Below are positions 37,384 through 46,719 of a DNA stretch of 64,000 bases, piece after piece. Source of the DNA: Chloroflexota bacterium (GTDB taxonomy: Bacteria > Bacteroidota > Ignavibacteria > Kapaibacteriales > UBA2268); contig JBLNBN010000060.1 in the NCBI GenBank assembly GCA_050260015.1, positions 974-64,973 of the forward strand. The letters run 5' to 3'. The notes under the pieces were generated by a model, which did not search any database, was not told the DNA's origin, and saw nothing but the letters and a program-made list of their open reading frames with translations. Position 1 is the first letter of the stretch; the number at the start of each line of letters is the position of its first letter. A program made the translations under genes and the position numbers.

Positions 37384-38526
37384 ATGGATAACTTTACATA
37401 TTATAATCCTGTAAAATTGATTTTCGGCAAAGGGAAAATCGCGTCGATTGGTAAGGAAATATCAAGGAACGAGGTAAACCGGGTTCTAATGCTTTACGGC
37501 GGCGGATCGATAAAGAAAAACGGGGTTTACGAGCAAACCGTAAATTCCCTCCGCGAAGCGGGGATTGAATTTATCGAATTCGGCGGAGTCCAGCCCAATC
37601 CGACGCTCGAGCATGCACGGGCCGCAATCGAAATGATACGCGAGAATAATCTCGAAGGAATACTTGCTGTCGGCGGCGGCTCCTGTATAGACGAAGCTAA
37701 ATCAATTGCGGCGGGGTACTACCTCGACGACCCGTGGAGCGCGTTCGAAGGAAGGGAAAAAATAGTAAAAGCTCTCCCGGTATTTACTATCCTAACTATC
37801 TCGGCGACTGGATCTGAAATGAATTCTTTCGCTGTGCTAACTAACGAAGAGGAGCGGAAGAAATGGTCTATCGGCTCGCCTAATCTTTTCCCAAGAGTTT
37901 CTATCGTCGATCCCGAAATACAATCCAGCCTACCAAGACGGCAAACTGCCAACGGAGGAGCGGACGCGCTTAGCCACGTAATGGAGTATTACTTCTTACT
38001 CGACAGGCAGGAAATAACGCTTCAAGTGGACGAGGCGATAATGCGCAGCATAATTAGTTCCATAGATAAACTAATGGAAGACGAACTGAATTACGAAGCT
38101 CGCGCTAATTTCGCCTGGGCTTCGACTATCGCTCTCAACGGATTGTCCTGCGCCGGCCTACCAAACGGGGATTGGGCAAGCCATGCCATTGAACACGGTA
38201 TTTCGGCAATGCATCCTGAAATCGCGCATGGCGAAGGTCTCTCCATCGTCTTTCCCGCTTGGATTAAATACGTCTCCCGAAAGCGACCGGAACGATTCCT
38301 GCGTTGGGCTAAAAACGTCTGGAACTGCGACTCCATAGACTTAGCAGTTTTGACTATGAAGGAAAAATTCCATGATTGGGGAGCTCCTATCTCCTTAAGG
38401 GAAAAGGGAATAACTGCCGGCGAGATCGCCGCCATAGCCGAGAATACCCTTTTGCAGGGACTTCCCGGCGTATTCCAGGAGTTAAAGCGCGAAGATGTAA
38501 CTAATATACTCAAATTGGCGTTATAG
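37384..38526 (+). CDS. Iron-containing alcohol dehydrogenase (butanol dehydrogenase-like)
   Basis: Motifs MLYGGGSIKKNG, GGGSCIDEAK and HAIEHG. Confidence 0.8.
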   Translation: MDNFTYYNPVKLIFGKGKIASIGKEISRNEVNRVLMLYGGGSIKKNGVYEQTVNSLREAGIEFIEFGGVQPNPTLEHARAAIEMIRENNLEGILAVGGGSCIDEAKSIAAGYYLDDPWSAFEGREKIVKALPVFTILTISATGSEMNSFAVLTNEEERKKWSIGSPNLFPRVSIVDPEIQSSLPRRQTANGGADALSHVMEYYFLLDRQEITLQVDEAIMRSIISSIDKLMEDELNYEARANFAWASTIALNGLSCAGLPNGDWASHAIEHGISAMHPEIAHGEGLSIVFPAWIKYVSRKRPERFLRWAKNVWNCDSIDLAVLTMKEKFHDWGAPISLREKGITAGEIAAIAENTLLQGLPGVFQELKREDVTNILKLAL

Positions 38527-38679
38527 AAAGAAAGTACTCATCGCTAAAAGATTAATGTTTGAAAATTTGCAGCCAAACGTTATTTTAGTATTTTGCGAGA
38601 ACGCAAATAATAATTATCCGGAGCAAAGTTATCGAAGGTAAGCCGTACGACTTGTTCACAGAAAAAGCGGTAACAAAAA

Positions 38680-39513
38680 ATGTGGAATGAAAATATAAGC
38701 GATATGGACAAAGAGCGCCAGGGCTTGCTATTAAAGCAGGGCGCGCTTCCGAAACATATTGCCGTAATCATGGACGGCAACGGCAGGTGGGCTAAAGAAA
38801 GAAATCTGCCCCGGGTTGCAGGACACAAACAAGGTATTGAGAGCTTACGCGATATCGTTAAGGCTTGCTCGCAAATTGGAGTCAAGTTCTTAACCGTTTA
38901 CGCTTTTTCAATTGAAAACTGGAATCGTCCGGCTACGGAAGTCTCCAGCTTGATGCATTTGCTTGAGCTTTATTTGCGACAGGAATTAGACGAGCTGCAT
39001 CGAAACAACGTCCGGTTGCTTTCAATCGGCAAATTAAGCTCGCTGCCTAAGAGAGTTCAAAAAGTGTTGCTTGCCGCCATTGAAAGAACTAAGCACAACG
39101 ACGGACTGACGCTGGCGTTGGCTCTCAGCTATTCAGGCAGATGGGACATCGTTCGCGCCGTTCAAATGCTCGCTATGGACGTTCGCAGGGGAAAGGTCTC
39201 GCCCGAAGACATCAACGAAGAGCTCTTCTCCGGCTACCTGACTACCCACGCCATACCCGATCCCGACCTCTTAATCAGAACCAGCGGCGAGATGCGCCTC
39301 AGCAATTTCCTCCTATGGGAGATGGCTTACGGCGAGATGTATATAACTAATAAATTCTGGCCTGAATTCAGGCGGGAAGATCTTTACGAAGCTATTGAAA
39401 ACTATTACTGCCGCGAGCGCAGATTCGGTAAAACTTCAAGCCAAATTTCTTGTGAAACCAAGTCCGACGAACAACAATCATACATTCAGCGAGTCGTTAA
39501 TGCGCTTAAATAA
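38680..39513 (+). CDS. uppS: Undecaprenyl-diphosphate synthase (isoprenyl transferase)
   Basis: HIAVIMDGNGRWA and LLIRTSGEMRLSNFLLWEMAYGEMY. An alternative start at 38707 is possible. Confidence 0.8.
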   Translation: MWNENISDMDKERQGLLLKQGALPKHIAVIMDGNGRWAKERNLPRVAGHKQGIESLRDIVKACSQIGVKFLTVYAFSIENWNRPATEVSSLMHLLELYLRQELDELHRNNVRLLSIGKLSSLPKRVQKVLLAAIERTKHNDGLTLALALSYSGRWDIVRAVQMLAMDVRRGKVSPEDINEELFSGYLTTHAIPDPDLLIRTSGEMRLSNFLLWEMAYGEMYITNKFWPEFRREDLYEAIENYYCRERRFGKTSSQISCETKSDEQQSYIQRVVNALK

Positions 39514-41896
39514 TTTTTTTCTAAGGTCCTTAATCGCAATCCTCGGAGTTTTCCTCCTGTTCTCTTCCGCGCTTTTTGCTCAGATGTCCCCCTTGGGCGG
39601 ACCGAGCGCCCCGCAGACGACTACCTATAAGATAGCCGGTATTACTGTCGAGGGCAATAAGTTCGCGGACGTAGAAACAATAATCTCGCTCTCGGGACTT
39701 CGTGTTGGCGATAACCTTGCGTTGCCGGGGGACCAGAAGATTCAATCCGCCATTAACAATTTATGGACGAGAAAGCAATTCTCGGACATCGACATTGTTG
39801 TCGATAGGATAAATCAGCTGGGTATATTCCTGATAATTAAAGTCAAGGAATTTCCCCGCGTCAATCGCATTTTTATCGAGGGAAATAAGGAAATTGAATC
39901 CTCCAAAATACTTGAAGCCATTTCCAAAAGGCGGGGCGATATAGTATCCAACCACGATCTTTACCTCGTAGAAAGGGCAATTAAGAAATTATACTCAAAA
40001 GAGGGCCTGGAATTCGCGCAGGTCGACGCGACGCTTGAGGGCACTGATACGGCATATTACTACAACATGCGCGTAAACATCCGCGAGGGCGTGGAATTCC
40101 ATGTAAAATCAATAAATTTCGAAGGCAATAAAGCCTTCGACGACGACGATCTCGCCTCCGCCTTCGACGAGACCCACACAAAGAGTTGGTGGCAGGTCTG
40201 GCGTTCCTCCAAATTCGAACGCGAGGAATATGAAAAGGACAAGGAATTGCTTTTAAAGTATTATCATAAACGCGGGTACTCCGACGCCTCAATAGTGCGC
40301 GATACCGTGGTTTACGACGAAGCGAAGGAAGCCGTTTACATAACGATCGAAGTAAGCGAAGGGGATAAAATCTATATTCGTAAAATCGATTTCCGCGGCA
40401 ATACGGTATATCCATCCGAAGCGTTGATCTCAAGATTGGACATGGCGCCCGGGGACGCGTTCGATTCTGAAAAGTTTGAAAAGAACCTGAAGGGCAACGA
40501 GGACCAAACGGACGCCGCGTCGCTCTACATGGACAACGGCTACCTGCAGGCAAATCTCGTACCCGAGCAGGTCAGAGCCTCGCGCGACTCTGTCGACATA
40601 GTTGTCAACGTTTTTGAAAATGAAAGGTTTACGATAGATAAAGTGACGGTGATAGGAAATACGAAGACGAAGGATAAGGTAATTCGCCGCGAGCTCTACA
40701 CTCGCCCGGGCGACTATTTCGATCGCTCAGCCATTATCCGCTCCGTCAGGGCATTAGGCGCAACCAATTACTTTAATCCCGAGGGCCTGAAACCCGACGT
40801 ACAGCCATCGGCAACGACAAGCAACGCCGTCGACGTAATTTATACGGTTGAGGAGCGCCCTGCGGATCAGATAAGCGCATCGCTCGGTTATGCTGGAAGC
40901 TACGGTTTAACGGGCGCAATAGGACTTACCTTTAACAACTTTTCCATTACGGAGCCTTTTAAAGGCGGCGCTGGGCAGGTATTAAATCTTCAGGCCGAAT
41001 GGGGCCAGATGGGTAGATACAATACTTACTCGCTCGGCTTTACCGAGCCCTGGCTCTTCGACGATCCTACGACGATCGGATTCAATATTTACGACCAGCA
41101 TTACGAGAACGTATATACTGTTCGAACGACCGGTATCGGATTGAACATCGGCCGCCGCTTTAAATGGCCGGACGACTACTGGCGAGGCGATTGGAGCGCG
41201 AGGGTTCAGCTTAACGACATCGGTTACGGCGGCGCGTACTACCGCGAGGGCAAATACTCCGAAGTAACGATAGGGCAGCGTTTTTCAAGATTAAGCGTCA
41301 ATAGCCCGTTCTTCCCGACCGTCGGTTCGAAATTCTCCTTCTCGAACGATTTCGCAATGGGAGCGATTGGAGTAGGCTCCACGGATTATCTAAAGAGCGA
41401 GCTCTCGTTCGAATTTTACAATCCGGTCTATAAAATTAAGGATGAGGATCGTGTAGTTTTCTACATTAACGCGCAATGGGGCCACCTGACTAGCTTTAAG
41501 TACGACACTACAATATCGCCGCGAGAGTATTTCTACATGGGCGGCAGCGGCCTGAGCAATTATTTCGGCGTAACGCCCCTGCGCGGTTACGAGGATCAGA
41601 GCATAGGCCCGCAATCGGGCGGGAGATTCATGACAAAATACGGCGCTGAATTGCGCTTCGCTCTCTCGTTAAATCCAATGCCGCTCTACTTCTATATGTT
41701 CGGCGAGGCCGGCAACGTCTGGAAAAGCTTTGAAACTTCCAATATGCTGGATCTAAAACGCTCAGCAGGCGTCGGAGTGCAAGTATTATTAATGCCGATA
41801 GGCAATATCGGGTTCAGCTACGGTTACGGCTTCGATCGTGATATAACCGGGCGTAAATCCGGCTGGAAATTTTTATTTCATTTAGGTCAACAGTAA
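39500..41896 (+). CDS. bamA: Outer membrane protein assembly factor BamA
   Basis: Signal peptide MRLNNFFLRSLIAILGVFLLFSSALFAQ, POTRA repeats and a C-terminal 16-strand barrel. The start is trimmed from the ORF-track 39395 to the ATG at 39500. Confidence 0.8.
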   Translation: MRLNNFFLRSLIAILGVFLLFSSALFAQMSPLGGPSAPQTTTYKIAGITVEGNKFADVETIISLSGLRVGDNLALPGDQKIQSAINNLWTRKQFSDIDIVVDRINQLGIFLIIKVKEFPRVNRIFIEGNKEIESSKILEAISKRRGDIVSNHDLYLVERAIKKLYSKEGLEFAQVDATLEGTDTAYYYNMRVNIREGVEFHVKSINFEGNKAFDDDDLASAFDETHTKSWWQVWRSSKFEREEYEKDKELLLKYYHKRGYSDASIVRDTVVYDEAKEAVYITIEVSEGDKIYIRKIDFRGNTVYPSEALISRLDMAPGDAFDSEKFEKNLKGNEDQTDAASLYMDNGYLQANLVPEQVRASRDSVDIVVNVFENERFTIDKVTVIGNTKTKDKVIRRELYTRPGDYFDRSAIIRSVRALGATNYFNPEGLKPDVQPSATTSNAVDVIYTVEERPADQISASLGYAGSYGLTGAIGLTFNNFSITEPFKGGAGQVLNLQAEWGQMGRYNTYSLGFTEPWLFDDPTTIGFNIYDQHYENVYTVRTTGIGLNIGRRFKWPDDYWRGDWSARVQLNDIGYGGAYYREGKYSEVTIGQRFSRLSVNSPFFPTVGSKFSFSNDFAMGAIGVGSTDYLKSELSFEFYNPVYKIKDEDRVVFYINAQWGHLTSFKYDTTISPREYFYMGGSGLSNYFGVTPLRGYEDQSIGPQSGGRFMTKYGAELRFALSLNPMPLYFYMFGEAGNVWKSFETSNMLDLKRSAGVGVQVLLMPIGNIGFSYGYGFDRDITGRKSGWKFLFHLGQQ

Positions 41897-41925
41897 AAAT
41901 AACTATAAAATCACAGGAGAAAGAA

Positions 41926-42486
41926 ATGTTTAAGAAAATGTTATGGGCTTTGGTATTAACGGCTGCAATCGCTTTACCTTCCGCTAACGCATCGGCGCAA
42001 GCCGCCAAAGGCGCCGCACCGACCGTTGCGGTTCGCATCGGTATAGTCGACGTGGAAACTATTGTTAAAGAATTGCCGGAAGCCGCCGACGCGGACAAAA
42101 AGCTCAAGGACATGGGAAAAATATGGCAGGATTCCCTGATAGCAATGCGCCAGGATTTCGACCAAAAAGTTCAGCAATATAGCAAGCAAAAAGGCATGAT
42201 GCCGCAGGAGAAGCAACAAAAAGAAGAGGAAACGCTCCAGGCGCAGCAGATGCAATTAATGCAGTACCAGGAAGAAAAATTCGGCCAGACAGGCCAATTA
42301 AATATGATGAGAGAGCAATTCCTCGAGCCTATCAGGAATAAAGTTCGTTCGGCGATCGCCGAAACTGCAAAAGAAGAGAAGATCACGTTAGTGCTCGATA
42401 AGGGCGGCTCAACCGTGCTTTACTTCGACGAGAAGCAGGACATCACTTACAGAGTGCTCGACCGCATTAAAAGAGGCGGGAAATAA
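41926..42486 (+). CDS. OmpH/Skp-family periplasmic chaperone
   Basis: Signal peptide and a coiled-coil Q/E/K-rich core. It lies directly after bamA. Confidence 0.7.
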   Translation: MFKKMLWALVLTAAIALPSANASAQAAKGAAPTVAVRIGIVDVETIVKELPEAADADKKLKDMGKIWQDSLIAMRQDFDQKVQQYSKQKGMMPQEKQQKEEETLQAQQMQLMQYQEEKFGQTGQLNMMREQFLEPIRNKVRSAIAETAKEEKITLVLDKGGSTVLYFDEKQDITYRVLDRIKRGGK

Positions 42487-42670
42487 TTGAAACTCGTTAG
42501 CGAAGAGAGATTGACGGCAAGTTAATCTCTCTTCGGCTATTGGGACTTTTATACGCGATATTCCGCATTTATTCCGCTTTGATTATATTTATTTTATAGT
42601 TATCTTACTTTTTTTAAAAGACGGATTGCGTTTGTAAATTCTTCCGCTTTTTTCATCGGAGGGAAATATA

Positions 42671-43108
42671 ATGCTAAAGCGATTTATAATTTTAACTGGG
42701 ATTATTCTTTCCGCAACGAGCGGCGCGTTCGCGCAAAAGGTGGTTTTTATTTCTTCCGACGTCATTAGGGAGAAAATCCCCGAATTGCAGCAAGCCGAGC
42801 AACGCATCCATTCATTCGTTGACGAGCGGACAAAAGAAATAACATCGTACCAAAAGCAAATCGAAGATCTTGAAGTCGAAATCAAGAAAAACAAGCTCGT
42901 TTGGAGCGACGCTGAAAAGATCCGGAAGGATAAGGATTTGGCAAATTTAAGATCAAACCTGGACGCCTTCTACAAGCACATATTCTACCCGGGAGGCGAG
43001 TATGATAAAGTGTTTTCGCATATAATGAAACCCATTGAGGGAAAAATCTCCCTATTATTAAACTTTGATTATTACTTTTTTATAGTTAACTTACTTTTTT
43101 CATACTGA
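42671..43108 (+). CDS. Truncated OmpH-like paralog produced by a partial tandem duplication (possible pseudogene)
   Basis: Its first ~125 aa are homologous to the next gene. The reading frame then runs into the duplication junction (...GKISLLLNFDYYFFIVNLLFSY). Confidence 0.4.
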   Translation: MLKRFIILTGIILSATSGAFAQKVVFISSDVIREKIPELQQAEQRIHSFVDERTKEITSYQKQIEDLEVEIKKNKLVWSDAEKIRKDKDLANLRSNLDAFYKHIFYPGGEYDKVFSHIMKPIEGKISLLLNFDYYFFIVNLLFSY

Positions 43109-43160
43109 CGGATAGCGCATGGTTAATTCTTCCCGCTTTATTCATTGGAAGGCAAATATT

Positions 43161-43931
43161 ATGTTTAGGAAGTCTATAATATTAATTGCGATTATTCTAT
43201 TCGCAACGAGCGGCGCGCTCGCGCAAAAGGTGGGATTTATTTCTTCCAACGTCATTAGAGAAAAATTCTCTGAATCGCAGCAAGCCGATCAGCGTATTCA
43301 ATCCTTCGTGGAGGATTGGAAACGCGAAATAGCTTCGTACCAGAAGCAAATCGAGGATCTCGAATTCGAGATCAAGAAAAACAGGCTCGTTTGGAGCGAC
43401 GCCGAAAAGATACAGAAGGATAAGGATTTGGCGAATTTAAGATCAAACCTGGATTCCTACGCGAAACAAAAATTTGAGCAGGGAGGCGAGTACGATCTAA
43501 CTGTTTCCCAAATCAGGAAACCCGTCGAGCAGAAAATCTACGCCGCCGTGCAGGAGGTCGCCTCCGATCAGGGATACGACATAATCATCGATCAAAGCGT
43601 TCAACCGCTACCCTACGTCAACTTCAAGTACGACCTTACGCTGCGAGTTCTTAAAGCCCTTGGCGTCAACGTCGAAGAGCTGGAAAAAGAACAACAAGAG
43701 AAGATAGATAAAGATCCGCGAAACGCGAAGAAAGAATCTAAGACTCCTCGCAGGGCAAGCTCGAGACGCCGCGGCGCGACTGCTACCGAGCCCGAGGAAG
43801 AAAAGCCAACCGAAGAGCGCGAGTTCGAGCAACCCTCGGAAAACGGTAAACGCCCCCCCGCGGTAATGACGCCCGAGGATTTAAGAATGCGCAGGGATAC
43901 AACCAATACTAAGCCTCCGGGCTCATTTTAG
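43161..43931 (+). CDS. OmpH/Skp-like periplasmic chaperone with a disordered charged C-terminal tail
   Basis: Signal peptide MFRKSIILIAIILFATSGALAQ and an OmpH-like core. The K/E/R/P-rich tail is ~90 aa. Confidence 0.6.
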   Translation: MFRKSIILIAIILFATSGALAQKVGFISSNVIREKFSESQQADQRIQSFVEDWKREIASYQKQIEDLEFEIKKNRLVWSDAEKIQKDKDLANLRSNLDSYAKQKFEQGGEYDLTVSQIRKPVEQKIYAAVQEVASDQGYDIIIDQSVQPLPYVNFKYDLTLRVLKALGVNVEELEKEQQEKIDKDPRNAKKESKTPRRASSRRRGATATEPEEEKPTEEREFEQPSENGKRPPAVMTPEDLRMRRDTTNTKPPGSF

Positions 43932-43953
43932 TTTTAAATTTTAAAGAGATCAA

Positions 43954-45000
43954 ATGATAGAACTTACAGCCGGCGAAATAGCCAGGGCTTTAGATTGTGA
44001 AGTTAAAGGAACGGCAAGCGCGCGAATAGTTAACTTAAATAGAATTGAGCACGCGCGTTCCGGGGATATTACTTTTTACTCCGATGAAAAGTTCAGGGAA
44101 TATTTCGATAATTCGCAAGCCACCTGTATAATCGTACCGAAAGAAATAGGGAACGAACCCGCCGAGGGGCGAGCTTTTATAATTTCGGAAAACCCCTATT
44201 TATCATTTGTCCGCCTGCTTAAAATACTAGACGAGCAGATTAACTCGGACAGCCGCGTCGGAATAATGCCAAGCGCGCAGGTGAGCGAGGACGCGATTGT
44301 AGGCGAAGGGGCCTTCATTGGGCATAATTGTATTGTCTCCAGGGGTTGTGTTATCGGCAATGGCGCCCGTTTACTTGGCGCCGTCTATCTCGCTGAAAAC
44401 GTTATTATCGGCGACGGAACGATATTGCACCCCAACGTCGTTTGCTACCGGGACATTAAGATCGGAAAGAATTGTATCGTTCATGCGGGCGCAGTGATCG
44501 GCGCGGACGGGTTCGGCTATGTGGAGCAAAAGTCCGACGGCTCCTGGGAAAAGATTCCTCAGCTCGGCGACGTAATAATCGGCGACGAAGTGGAACTCGG
44601 AGCGAACGTGACAGTGGATCGCGCTATGTTGGGCTCAACTATCATTGAGAACGGCGTTAAGATCGATAATTTAACTCATATCGCTCATAACTGCGAGATC
44701 GGCGAGAACACTGCAATGGCAGCCCAAACCGGCATTTCCGGTAGCTCGAAGATCGGCAAGCGAAATCGCTTCGGGGGCCAGGTCGGCTTGGCAGGGCATC
44801 TCTCCACTCCCGACGACGTTACGATCATGGCGCAGAGCGGGGTAGCGAAGTCAGTTCCAAAGAGCGGCGTTTACTTCGGCACCCCAATAAAGGACCATAG
44901 AACCGCGTTTAGAATAGAGGCATGTATTAAGCAACTGCCCGATATGTTTGAAGAACTCAACGCTATGAAAAAGAAATTACGGGAAGCCGGGTTGATTTGA
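43954..45000 (+). CDS. lpxD: UDP-3-O-(3-hydroxyacyl)glucosamine N-acyltransferase
   Basis: N-terminus MIELTAGEIARAL. Extensive left-handed beta-helix hexapeptide repeats. 348 aa. Confidence 0.85.
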   Translation: MIELTAGEIARALDCEVKGTASARIVNLNRIEHARSGDITFYSDEKFREYFDNSQATCIIVPKEIGNEPAEGRAFIISENPYLSFVRLLKILDEQINSDSRVGIMPSAQVSEDAIVGEGAFIGHNCIVSRGCVIGNGARLLGAVYLAENVIIGDGTILHPNVVCYRDIKIGKNCIVHAGAVIGADGFGYVEQKSDGSWEKIPQLGDVIIGDEVELGANVTVDRAMLGSTIIENGVKIDNLTHIAHNCEIGENTAMAAQTGISGSSKIGKRNRFGGQVGLAGHLSTPDDVTIMAQSGVAKSVPKSGVYFGTPIKDHRTAFRIEACIKQLPDMFEELNAMKKKLREAGLI

Positions 45001-45022
45001 GTATAATAGGAGCGCGAAGCAA

Positions 45023-46060
45023 ATGTTCAGATTTGAAAATCCTGCGCTTTTGTACGCGCTTTTAGCGCTAATCCCATTTGCGGCGGTTTTCGCATGGTAT
45101 CGTTTTTACAGGTATCGCATGCTCAAGCGATTTTCCGGCTCGGAACGAACGCTCTACGAGAACGTTTCCCCTAACAAGCCGTACCTGCGTTTTGCATTAT
45201 ATTCAATTTCCTTCGCCGCTTTAGTAGTCGCCGCGGCCAATCCCCAAATCGGGTCGAAGCTGGAAACGCGGGAAAGCGTCGGCGGCGACATAGCTATTGC
45301 GTTGGATATTTCCAACAGTATGCTAGCCGAGGACTCAAAGCCGACGCGGTTAGAAAGCGCAAAGCAGTCGTTAATGAAATTCCTTGACGAACTCGACGGC
45401 GAGCGGGTAGCCCTGGTAGTTTTCGCGGGCGAGGCCTTTCTGCAAATGCCCTTAACGAGCGATTACGGAGCGGCAAAGCTGCTACTGTCCAACGCTTCCC
45501 CCGATCAAATATCCTCGCAGGGTACTGCGCTCGCCGAGGCGATAGAAATCTCCCTAGAAGCGTTGCGCCCCTCCGAGAAAGAATCCAAAGCTATTCTAAT
45601 CATTTCCGACGGCGAAAATCACGAGGACGATCCGCTGCCAGCCGCGGAGAACGCGGAGGACGAAGGAGTTAAAATATTTGCCGTTAGCGTCGGCTCGCGA
45701 GAAGGGGCGCCCGTACCGGAGTACGTTAACGGTATCAAAACCGGGGCGTCGCTAAAATCGCCCTCGGGCGAAGAGGCTTATTCGCGACCCAACAAAGAGA
45801 TATTGCGCTCTGTCGCCGCGGCTACCGGGGGTAAATTGATCGACGCCGGCGCAGGCGAGGCCGACCTTTCAAGCGTAATAAGCGCCCTCGGACGTTCGAA
45901 AGACAAAACCAAGAAGACGCAAGTATTTACCGAGTTTGAATCTATTTACTATTATTTCGCTGCGTTCGCGTTTGCGCTCCTGGTTTTCGAACAGTTATTT
46001 TCGGACAGAAGAAATAAGTTAATAACTACGCTGAACCTTTTTGGGAGCGTAAAGAAATGA
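45023..46060 (+). CDS. VWA-domain aerotolerance protein (BatA/BatB-like)
   Basis: N-terminal TM, a vWA MIDAS region DIAIALDISNSM, and a C-terminal TM. Confidence 0.65.
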   Translation: MFRFENPALLYALLALIPFAAVFAWYRFYRYRMLKRFSGSERTLYENVSPNKPYLRFALYSISFAALVVAAANPQIGSKLETRESVGGDIAIALDISNSMLAEDSKPTRLESAKQSLMKFLDELDGERVALVVFAGEAFLQMPLTSDYGAAKLLLSNASPDQISSQGTALAEAIEISLEALRPSEKESKAILIISDGENHEDDPLPAAENAEDEGVKIFAVSVGSREGAPVPEYVNGIKTGASLKSPSGEEAYSRPNKEILRSVAAATGGKLIDAGAGEADLSSVISALGRSKDKTKKTQVFTEFESIYYYFAAFAFALLVFEQLFSDRRNKLITTLNLFGSVKK

Positions 46061-46716
46061 AGCTAATAGTATTAATGGCATTGTTAATCGGTTCGTACCG
46101 CGCTTTTTCCCAGGGCGAGAGCGGACTAATTCAAAAGGGGAACTCGCTCTTCGAGCTAAAGAGCTACCTGGAAGCCGCGGACTATTACAGACGGGCAATC
46201 GAGAGAAACGATAAATCCGAAGTCGCCAGGTTTAATTTGGGCGCTGCCATTTACAGGCAGGGGAAATACCGCGACGCAGAATCCCAATTCCTTGACCTGA
46301 TCGGCAGAACCAAAGAGAAAAGTATTCTTTCAGCCGCTTACTATAACTACGGCAATTCAGCGCTTTCACAAAAGAAGTATGCCGAGAGCATAGAAGCCTA
46401 TAAAAGCGCGCTCAGGTTGAACCCAAAGGACGAGGATGCCCGGTATAATCTAACCTATGCCAAAAAACTTCTTGCGGCGGAGAATAAAAGAAAACAAGAG
46501 GAAGAACAAAAGATTTCCCAGTCACCCCAGGAACAATCATCCATAAACGACAAATCCGATAAAAAGGATAAAAAAGGCTCGGTTGGCTCAGGGGGACAAC
46601 TCAACAAAGAAAATGCTGAACGAATGCTCAACGCCTTAAGAAACGAAGAAAAGCAATCATTGCAAAAATTCAACAGGCGGGGAAATCCACGCGCCCGGAA
46701 GGCAAAGAATTGGTAA
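46057..46716 (+). CDS. TPR-repeat protein (BatC-like)
   Basis: TPR repeats with a K/E-rich C-terminus. It overlaps the upstream gene by 4 bp. Confidence 0.6.
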   Translation: MKLIVLMALLIGSYRAFSQGESGLIQKGNSLFELKSYLEAADYYRRAIERNDKSEVARFNLGAAIYRQGKYRDAESQFLDLIGRTKEKSILSAAYYNYGNSALSQKKYAESIEAYKSALRLNPKDEDARYNLTYAKKLLAAENKRKQEEEQKISQSPQEQSSINDKSDKKDKKGSVGSGGQLNKENAERMLNALRNEEKQSLQKFNRRGNPRARKAKNW

Positions 46717-46719
46717 CCT

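Noticed and set aside
39981-40553. 190-aa Arg/Pro-rich minus-strand ORF inside bamA
   Set aside because: It is antisense to bamA and its composition is low-complexity, typical of GC-skewed shadow frames.
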